Assembly (NCBI GenBank): GCA_043753995.1
Contig: JAYUVP010000027.1
Coordinates: forward strand, 1 to 40,901
Direction of reading: 5' to 3'
Length of the DNA: 40,901 bases
Source: Fibrobacterota bacterium
GTDB lineage: Bacteria > Fibrobacterota > Fibrobacteria > UBA11236
A program made the translations under genes and the position numbers. How positions within the stretch are numbered: position 1 is the first letter of the stretch; every line of letters starts with the position of its first letter. Below, one piece after another: positions 33,871 through 40,901 of this stretch. A model generated the notes under the pieces. That model did no database searches. It saw only the letters and a program-made list of their open reading frames with translations, and had not been told where the DNA came from.

Positions 33871-35810
33871 GGTGAGGTTTCGCCCGAGGCTTTGTCCATG
33901 GCTTCCACATCGTCGGGGAAGTCAGGAATATCGGGTCTTCGCGAAGGGGTGATGATGGGCACCCCGCTGCCCGGCGCCGCCTTTGCCGCAGGCTTGAAGG
34001 TTGGCATTCGAGCCTTCGACTTACCCGCGGCCTTGAGTTCGCCCTTGCGCCCAAGTTGGCTTTCCCACGTATCGCGATCGAGATAGCGCACTAATTCGCA
34101 TAGCCTTTTATCTTCAGGCATGGCGTGACGGCTGATACGGGCCAGCCGCACCTGGTTTTCCTTGCCTTGAAACTGGGCCATGAATTCAAAGGTGTCGTCG
34201 TTTTCCCAAATCGCGCCTTGAAAGCTGCGATAACCCGGGCACGAAGCCTCCCCGGTACCGCGGCCCTCGCCTGAGATTTTGGTTTTGATACGTATCATGC
34301 GCCCGAAAACGTCGATATGGGTGCCACCGCTGTCGCTGGCCATGGCGAGCACGCCCCAAAGCGAGTCGTGATGAAAAGCCAGGAGATATTCGTGCACCAG
34401 GCCATCGTAGAAAAACCGATCCACAAGATTTCCCTGGGCCGTACGCAGGAATGTCTTTTCAGGATAGGCCGCGCGAACCTGTATGGGCGAGGCATGCCAC
34501 GGCACGCTATAGGTTCCCAGCAAGGCAATGGCTCCGGGGATGATGACGCGATCGTCGCCTTCCAATGGAGAAACCGGCTCATGCTGAATCTTCGGTGTCG
34601 GTAAGCTGGCTTTTGCCTTGTCATCTTGGGCTAACCATTGTCGCATCGCTTCCGTGCGCATTTCTTGGATGCCAGGCAAAGTCGCGTCTAGCATGAGCGC
34701 GGTGTCCAATTCAATTACGGCCAATCCGAAAAGCCCTCGCTTGACATAGGATTTCGCCAAGGCTAAACGCAGAGGTCCGTTTTTTGGGTATTGACGCACC
34801 AGGGGATCGAGAGTTTGAATGGCGAAAAGCGCTTGCATGGCCGAAGCATCGCGTCCTCCCTTGAGGCCCAGATTGGCGCGCAATCGCTTGGCGGTAGCGA
34901 GCCCAGGTTGCGCCGTGAGCAAGCTGTCATAAGTACGGCGCGCTTTATTCAGATCGCCCCGAAGCTCCCACCACCAAGCGCGGGCCATTTGCAAGGAGGC
35001 ATCCAGCCAACGATTTTCTTCGGCGACCGTAATGGCTTGCGCTGCTGAATCCGGATGGCCTTCGGCGAGAAATGCCAGGGCGAGGCCACCATAGGGCGCA
35101 GCTTCACAGAGCGGCAAGTCGCGATGTTCGGAAGCCTTGGCATCCGGGCGACGGCGATAAAGTGCGCTATCGCTTTCCATGAGTCCGATAGCGAGACGAA
35201 AAGCTCGTTTGGCTTCAGCGGTCTCACCGCGTCCCAAGTACTGATAGCCCAATTGCGCCCAAGCGAAACCGAAATCAGGCGCGAGTTCGGTGGCCTTCCG
35301 CAGGGTTTGCCAAGCTTCGGAGGTGTCTCCGAGAGTGGCCGCGAGGCGGCCCGCGGCATAAAGTCCAAAAGGGTGTTTGGCTTGCGCGAGATTTTGCTGT
35401 AAAGCTTGGGCGGCGCGGTTATTCGGAAGCTCTCCCAAAAGTGCGGAGTCAGCCATCGCCAAGGCCTCGGCCCACGAGGCCGGAACAAATCCTTCGGCTT
35501 CGGGACGCAAGGCCGCCATGGCATTTTCCACACCAAGGGTTTTGGGCTTGCTGGCTTCACCGCTTAAGGCGAAAGCAACTTCTTCCCATAGCACCCGGGT
35601 TTTAGGGCTGGCATGCCGCAATTCTGAGGCGGCGGTGAAATCATAACGATGAGCAATGCGGGTGCCCAGCGGCGGACCGAAAGGCGATGGCTTCAGGGCT
35701 TCGCCCGACCCCAGTAACCCACGCGTGACGCTCAGCCAGGCTATGGCCAAGATGCCGACGGCGACCGCCACCGTCAGGCCGTTGGAGAGTGGTTTTTGCT
35801 GGATACCCAT
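33867..35810 (-). CDS. Membrane-anchored tetratricopeptide-repeat protein
   Basis: N-terminal TM helix; TPR motifs (ATELAPDFGFAWAQLG; YPKNGPLRLALAKSY..RG.F.LA); distinct C-terminal alpha/beta domain. Confidence 0.75.
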   Translation of the reverse strand: MGIQQKPLSNGLTVAVAVGILAIAWLSVTRGLLGSGEALKPSPFGPPLGTRIAHRYDFTAASELRHASPKTRVLWEEVAFALSGEASKPKTLGVENAMAALRPEAEGFVPASWAEALAMADSALLGELPNNRAAQALQQNLAQAKHPFGLYAAGRLAATLGDTSEAWQTLRKATELAPDFGFAWAQLGYQYLGRGETAEAKRAFRLAIGLMESDSALYRRRPDAKASEHRDLPLCEAAPYGGLALAFLAEGHPDSAAQAITVAEENRWLDASLQMARAWWWELRGDLNKARRTYDSLLTAQPGLATAKRLRANLGLKGGRDASAMQALFAIQTLDPLVRQYPKNGPLRLALAKSYVKRGLFGLAVIELDTALMLDATLPGIQEMRTEAMRQWLAQDDKAKASLPTPKIQHEPVSPLEGDDRVIIPGAIALLGTYSVPWHASPIQVRAAYPEKTFLRTAQGNLVDRFFYDGLVHEYLLAFHHDSLWGVLAMASDSGGTHIDVFGRMIRIKTKISGEGRGTGEASCPGYRSFQGAIWENDDTFEFMAQFQGKENQVRLARISRHAMPEDKRLCELVRYLDRDTWESQLGRKGELKAAGKSKARMPTFKPAAKAAPGSGVPIITPSRRPDIPDFPDDVEAMDKASGETSP

Positions 35811-35817
35811 GGCGCTA

Positions 35818-35826
35818 AGAGTAGCA
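35818..35826 (-). promoter_or_regulatory. Extended -10 promoter for the TPR-SDR operon (leaderless)
   Basis: TG-C-TACTCT-7 nt-ATG(35810); no SD. Confidence 0.45.
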
Positions 35827-35856
35827 TGCCGAGGAGGCTTGCGTCGCCGGGAAATG

Positions 35857-35894
35857 CTCCTCCGCCCAACCCATTGCCGAGCGGAGCGGAGGAG
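35857..35894 (-). terminator. GC-rich hairpin just after the GH5 stop
   Basis: CTCCTCCGC (35857-65) / GCGGAGGAG (35886-94); weak U-tract. Confidence 0.35.
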
Positions 35895-35902
35895 GGGAAA
35901 GG

Positions 35903-37666
35903 CTATTGCGCCAAATAAATCATTTGACTACGGGAGAAGGGCCCGGCTTTGAAAACAGCCAGATAAAGTCCCGGCTCAGTCTTCATCTGCCGACGATCGA
36001 TGGAGTGATTTCCCGCCATCTGCTGCTGATCCACCACCGTTGCCCGCAAGCTTCCATCCAGGTTGAAAAGCTTCAGCGAAACGAATTCCGACTTGGGCAA
36101 GGTATAAGCTATCGAACCCGTACTCGAGACTTGAAGGGTCACGCTCTTTCTCGTCGGGCCATTGAGAATGTCCACCTTACCGGGGTCGGCGATCTGGGTT
36201 GCATTCCAGAGCTTCGCTAAAAGGGAAAGCTTTCTGGAGTCGGTAGCTCCCCAAGTCCCCCAGCCACCCTTATTCGAAATCGGATCATAAGGCGTCGTGA
36301 AAATGCCGTAGGTATCGGCCGATTCTGGGTTGATGGACCAATAGAAGGAATCATAAATGCCTTCTCTCATCAAGTAGTCCACGAAAGCATTTTGCCATCT
36401 TTCATCGGTTGTTTTGTCCGTGAGGTAACCGAATTTGCTTTGGTTATTGCCATCGCTTTTGTTCGGCCAATCCATATTGCCACCGAATTCGCCAATAGCC
36501 ACGGCATAGCCCAAGGTTTTCAAATAGCCGAAATGTTCATGCCATCCTGCGTCGAGAGTCGGTTGAACGAGAGAAATCTTGCATTTCTTTGCGGCAAAAG
36601 CGTCACCCTCAAGTTCCGCGCACTCAGGCTGGGAAGGATCGGCAAACATTTTTTGAACATAAACCGCGGGACCATAGGTATGCGGTGAAAAAACCAGTTT
36701 GGTTTTAGGCATGGTCGGAGGCAAGGTGCCAGCTTCAAATAAATTCTCGCCCCAATTGGGGTTCGACCTTGGACTTCCATGAGGAGTCGGGGCTGTCGTC
36801 GTTGGCGTGCCGTCTTGGGAACCATAAGAACTGCCGATGCCTTGGGCAAAGATCAAGATATTGGGATTCACCGGGCTGATAGCCGCATAAGCTTGATCAA
36901 TCATGGTGCGCCATTCGCTCCAGCTATAATCCCAGGGCTCGTTGAAAATGTCGATGCCCATGATATTGTCGACGCCGATTTCCTTTCCCAAGCCGGCTAA
37001 GGTCTTCAAGTCGGCCAACCACTTGGTATTGTTATAGGCGTGAATGAATTTGACCGTGCTGGGATTGCCGGTCTCGGAGCAAGAATATTCTTCGCGAGTG
37101 AATTCATAATTTTGTCGAGCCGCATCCACATAAGGAGGACGAGCATCGAGGCGACCCTTGCGCCAGCCCACGAAATTCGAGCAAGAGTGCAAGTCCAACA
37201 TCACATATAAACCGGCATCGCTTAAAGCCTTGACCGTCGCCTTGAGTGCCGTATAGGCGCCTTGAATGCGCACCGGCTCGGCATTTTTCAAATTCGGATC
37301 CTTGCCTTGGGGATCGGTATCGGTCAAAGTCTGGGGCGAAACGGGAATACGCACGCTATTAAAGCCGAGGTTTTTAATCTCAACGGCATCTTTAGCAAGG
37401 GTACGATCGGTGACGCTCCAGAGCATATTCCCGAGATACATCTCCATCGGAGCACCGGCCGGATTTTTGGAATCCGAAGGCGGTTCATGTCTTCCTTCAA
37501 GTCCAAACCAAGATCCGCCCTTGATCCGGAAAGCCGTACCATTGAGCGTAATATTGCCTTTGGCGTCTACGGCCCATTCATTTGCGGCCAGGGCAGCGCT
37601 ACTTGCCAGGAGTGTTAAAAGAGCCGCATGAACAGCTGCTTTTTTGACGGTTTGTTTACTTTTCAT
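35903..37666 (-). CDS. Glycoside hydrolase family 5 (probable endoglucanase) with T9SS type A CTD
   Basis: GGAG RBS before ATG 37666; signal peptide; IKGGSWFGLE, FNSVRIP, MLDLH, IFNEP (acid/base), SPHTYGP, IGEFGG (nucleophile), FYWSINPES; CTD YTLP…VSLKLFNLDG…PGLYL. Confidence 0.9.
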   Translation of the reverse strand: MKSKQTVKKAAVHAALLTLLASSAALAANEWAVDAKGNITLNGTAFRIKGGSWFGLEGRHEPPSDSKNPAGAPMEMYLGNMLWSVTDRTLAKDAVEIKNLGFNSVRIPVSPQTLTDTDPQGKDPNLKNAEPVRIQGAYTALKATVKALSDAGLYVMLDLHSCSNFVGWRKGRLDARPPYVDAARQNYEFTREEYSCSETGNPSTVKFIHAYNNTKWLADLKTLAGLGKEIGVDNIMGIDIFNEPWDYSWSEWRTMIDQAYAAISPVNPNILIFAQGIGSSYGSQDGTPTTTAPTPHGSPRSNPNWGENLFEAGTLPPTMPKTKLVFSPHTYGPAVYVQKMFADPSQPECAELEGDAFAAKKCKISLVQPTLDAGWHEHFGYLKTLGYAVAIGEFGGNMDWPNKSDGNNQSKFGYLTDKTTDERWQNAFVDYLMREGIYDSFYWSINPESADTYGIFTTPYDPISNKGGWGTWGATDSRKLSLLAKLWNATQIADPGKVDILNGPTRKSVTLQVSSTGSIAYTLPKSEFVSLKLFNLDGSLRATVVDQQQMAGNHSIDRRQMKTEPGLYLAVFKAGPFSRSQMIYLAQ

Positions 37667-37815
37667 GAGCCGCGCTCCAGGTTGAATTCTCAGCATAGCG
37701 ACCTTTGAAGATCGTTTTGCCTTAGTGCTATAGAAAAACAGTGAAGTTCATCGTTTCAAAAAATGCGATTCGAACTTCGCGAATTTTACTGTATGCCTGG
37801 CGCATATAAAACACA

Positions 37816-39315
37816 TCAGAGAACCTTGTACGTTACCGTCATTCCGAATTCCATACCTGAGGTTTTTTGAGATCCGTTTCGAGTGACTTCGGATTGTCCA
37901 GGAAAAGTCAAATAGCCTTCCATACCAAGCATTTCCTCTAAAAATCCAAGCCCGAAACCGATACTGAACGCACTATATCCAAACGGTGCATCCGGTTTGG
38001 GATCGATCGAGGTTGAACGGACATTCGGCAAAGGAGAAGGAAGAAAAGGGTCGAATTGGAAAGCGTGGTAACCTGGGTGTTTCCTCCCATCCTGGCGCCA
38101 AGTCCAACCGGTGCGCAAGGTCAAGCTCATTGCCTCAGGAAAGTCAATGGGGAGGCGATGAACATGATGTTCCAAGCCGAAAGAAAAGCGATGATAGCGT
38201 TCTTCCTGGGTGCTATCCGATTTAAAGGTGTGGCCCGCTGTCTCCCATTCCGCTAGTAGGGAGACCATTTCGCGAAAGCTCACCTGCCCACCTAAGCCGA
38301 AGTCGGTAATGCTTCGCGTCCACTGAATAGAGTCGATCTTGGCCCCCTTTTTGAGAGGATTTTGATTGCTCTTGATTCCGGCATAGCCTTGCGCTTTCTC
38401 CGAGCGTTGCGCAAAGCGAAGCGCGGGCTGCAAACGAAAGTCGCCGGCCTGCAATGGATACATCCATTGGGTCTGGAAAGTCCAATAGCCCGTCCAAATC
38501 GTGGGATACAAGACCCCGCTATCATTCGCCGGCCTATATTCGCCGAATTCGCGATCGGTACCCAGCTCCACCACCGTATTGCCCAGGAGCGGCAGGGATT
38601 CCGTACCTCCCACGTCAGCCAAGACACCGTAACGGGGAAGTGACATGGCAGCTGTCCTTTCCAAATGGCCCGCCGGGTTTTGCAAGCTATCGAATCGCCC
38701 ATTGAACCCAGCGAAGAGCCCCATTTCCACTGCGGGATGCAGTCGGCTGCCGAGGTCGAAACGCAAAGAGGGAATGGTGAGTAAGGTGCGCTTGGCCTCC
38801 CCGGAATATTCGATGTCGCCAATACGGACATGAGCACTGAAGCCTACTCGGAATAGACCGGAAGCCGGTCCCGCGGCCATGTCGATGCCGAAAAGGTTGG
38901 AGTGATTCTCCACGCTGTCGCCGCGTTTCTGATGATAGGCTTCGGATTCGCGCAAGTAATAAAGATTGGCACCAAAAACCCCGGGCTGAAAAAACCCCAA
39001 TTGGGGGATGGCCAGATCGCTATGATCGATGGCGAGTGAATCTCCCGAAGTCGCTCGATGTGATTTCACATAGCCCAAGCCCAGGCTCACCCTTTCCTTA
39101 TGGGTTTCCAACAATCCCATGGGCGATCCACCCTGATCAAACAGATTGTAAACACGTGCATCCGTGAACCGTGGCTCACCTAAAGCAAGATTGCGTGGTG
39201 TGTAAATTCCGGCGGAAGAGCGACTCGCTGGCTGGGCATCTGGAAAGACCTGGGCTTTAGCTGGCACTATGGCCAAGGCCGCGGCCGCAAGAATAGACTG
39301 ATATAGCTTGGTCAA
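37816..39315 (-). CDS. Hypothetical outer-membrane beta-barrel protein
   Basis: GGGAGG RBS before TTG 39315; signal peptide (…AIVPAKA|Q); amphipathic strands; C-terminus GMEFGMTVTYKVL. Confidence 0.65.
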   Translation of the reverse strand: MTKLYQSILAAAALAIVPAKAQVFPDAQPASRSSAGIYTPRNLALGEPRFTDARVYNLFDQGGSPMGLLETHKERVSLGLGYVKSHRATSGDSLAIDHSDLAIPQLGFFQPGVFGANLYYLRESEAYHQKRGDSVENHSNLFGIDMAAGPASGLFRVGFSAHVRIGDIEYSGEAKRTLLTIPSLRFDLGSRLHPAVEMGLFAGFNGRFDSLQNPAGHLERTAAMSLPRYGVLADVGGTESLPLLGNTVVELGTDREFGEYRPANDSGVLYPTIWTGYWTFQTQWMYPLQAGDFRLQPALRFAQRSEKAQGYAGIKSNQNPLKKGAKIDSIQWTRSITDFGLGGQVSFREMVSLLAEWETAGHTFKSDSTQEERYHRFSFGLEHHVHRLPIDFPEAMSLTLRTGWTWRQDGRKHPGYHAFQFDPFLPSPLPNVRSTSIDPKPDAPFGYSAFSIGFGLGFLEEMLGMEGYLTFPGQSEVTRNGSQKTSGMEFGMTVTYKVL

Positions 39316-39741
39316 AAACACATCCCTCCCATGCAACGCCAAAGCGTCCCCAGGAAATTTGTGTGTATATGGTGGAGTTGGGTGCGGTAAAACTATTGGC
39401 AATAAAGTGCCCGAGCGACATGAATTTATTGCAAAAACACAATAATTCGGCGGGGGTGGCTCCGCCTCCCCCGACCTCGGCCCGCCATTCCCTGGAGCCC
39501 GGTCGGCCTCGGTCTCCCCTCCGGCGAGGCTGTGGAATGGGTCTCAAAACCTAGGTAACACCAGTGTTTCCGGGGCTGAATGGATAAGGATATCTTTTCT
39601 GAAAGTTGGTAAACGCAGAAAGAACGACGTGCATCAAAGTGAGTTCCCCCATTTCATCAAAGTATGTGATGCGCTTTCGTTCAGAAAGTGTTATGAGGCG
39701 CTACGTTGTTTCTTAAAGGCTGGTAAAAGTCCTCATCGCGT

Positions 39742-40901
39742 ATGCTAAAACTGATGATTCCCAATCGAGTCCTTCGAATAGGCTTATTGCTATTGCCTTT
39801 GGTATGGGGCTATCCGCTCCTGGATCCCTTTCATGCCTATCGCTGGGTAACTCTGGCTTTGATTTCTTTCGTCATGCTTTTAGGAATAGCTTTGCCAACG
39901 AAATTGGGCTGGGTTTTATCCAAAACCGAAATCCTGATAATGGGGCTGGCAACCCTCGTCATGGCATTGAGTTGGATATCCACCGGGCTAGCCCTGGATT
40001 TATCCGAAAGTCTTTGGCAGTCCGTTCAAACCACGACATGGCTGCTGTTCTTGTTGTGCCTCCTTCTCGCAGCGCCTTCAAAACCTGCCTTTTGGGTTTC
40101 GGTTAGGAGAATTGCGATTTGCGTCGCGATGATAGGATCTTTGGTGGTCAGCGCCGAGATTTCCGGCTTGTGGCAATCGCCATTTGATTCGAGTTGGGGG
40201 CCGGTGGGAATGCACGGCAACCGCAATTTATTGGTGACCTTTCAAGTTTTGTTGGCTCCCTGGATCGTATGGGCCTGTTTTGATGAAGTGGGATCCTGGC
40301 GAGTCTTGGGCGGCATAAGCTGGTTGTTTTTCAGCTTCCATCTGGCTCATTGCCAAAGTCGCGGCGCTTGGCTGGCCATGGCGGCCGGAATTGTCTGGAG
40401 CTTCCTAGGCATAGCCGGCAAGGGTTGGGGTTCGTTCCAGCGTTCTATGCCAAAGGCGATACCCTCCCTGACGTCGCGAGCGAAGTCATTCGCAGTTGTC
40501 GTCTTCCTGGCCTTAAGCCTAGTGGCTGTTTTTGCGATTGAAAATGCAACTCGAAAGGAAAGTCATGAGACTCCCTTCTCCCAACGGCTGATTTCAATCA
40601 CCCATTTGGAGAATGCCAGTATTCACGAACGCTTGGTGCTTTGGGAAAAAACGCTTTCCTTGATTCGCCAACACCCGTTCTTGGGAGTTGGAGCTGGCCA
40701 ATGGAAAATCGTCCTGCCCTCCCAGGGCATGAACGGCCTCCCCACCACGGATATGTCGGTCATGCAAACGCGCCCGCATAATGACTGGCTTTGGGTTGCC
40801 TCCGAGGTGGGAGTCGTGGGGGGCTTGGCTTGGTTCGCGATTCCCTGCCTTGCCCTGGGGATTGCCGGCTGGCGGCTCCGGTCTCTTCCGCTCAGCCCTT
40901 T
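39742..40901 (+). CDS. O-antigen ligase / Wzy_C family membrane protein (3' end beyond window; absent from the supplied ORF track)
   Basis: Open frame from ATG 39742 to the window end, translated by hand: many TM helices, GMHGNRN, QSRGAWLA, ERLVLWEKTLSLIRQHPFLGVGAGQW, RPHNDWLWVASEVGVVG. Confidence 0.85.
   Translation, partial: MLKLMIPNRVLRIGLLLLPLVWGYPLLDPFHAYRWVTLALISFVMLLGIALPTKLGWVLSKTEILIMGLATLVMALSWISTGLALDLSESLWQSVQTTTWLLFLLCLLLAAPSKPAFWVSVRRIAICVAMIGSLVVSAEISGLWQSPFDSSWGPVGMHGNRNLLVTFQVLLAPWIVWACFDEVGSWRVLGGISWLFFSFHLAHCQSRGAWLAMAAGIVWSFLGIAGKGWGSFQRSMPKAIPSLTSRAKSFAVVVFLALSLVAVFAIENATRKESHETPFSQRLISITHLENASIHERLVLWEKTLSLIRQHPFLGVGAGQWKIVLPSQGMNGLPTTDMSVMQTRPHNDWLWVASEVGVVGGLAWFAIPCLALGIAGWRLRSLPLSP

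Noticed and set aside
39804..40779. Small ORFs in the last 1.1 kb of the ORF track
   Set aside because: All overlap the O-antigen-ligase-family frame (39742 to end), which the track missed because it lacks a stop.

Overview
Bacterial DNA, most likely a free-living Fibrobacterota or other FCB-group organism. This is inferred from T9SS-type C-terminal sorting domains, PorZ- and PorV-like genes and a secreted GH5, not from a marker gene. The first ~12 kb is an accessory cluster of secreted proteins: three PQQ-type (GSDH-family) beta-propeller sugar dehydrogenases, three paralogous stand-alone di-heme c-type cytochromes (two CxxCH each; two from a recent tandem duplication) and an esterase. Each has a signal peptide and a T9SS-like C-terminal tail. 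This looks like an extracellular dehydrogenase/cytochrome c redox module and is the best candidate for an undescribed system. From 12 to 27 kb are envelope genes: methyltransferases, a Fem/VimA-like GNAT, a GT4, PorZ, a divergent LpxK, DUF2225, an unusual PorV-TPR-metallophosphoesterase-propeller fusion, RsmB and a barrel protein. From 27 to 41 kb are a heme-c chemoreceptor, an SH3 protein, a GGDEF(degenerate)-EAL protein, an SDR, a TPR protein, a secreted GH5, an outer-membrane protein and a truncated O-antigen-ligase-family gene. The first ~160 nt are a fragment of an unrelated APC permease, indicating a junction or chimera. No rRNA, tRNA, CRISPR array or transposase was seen. All family calls are from motif recognition by eye; no searches were run.
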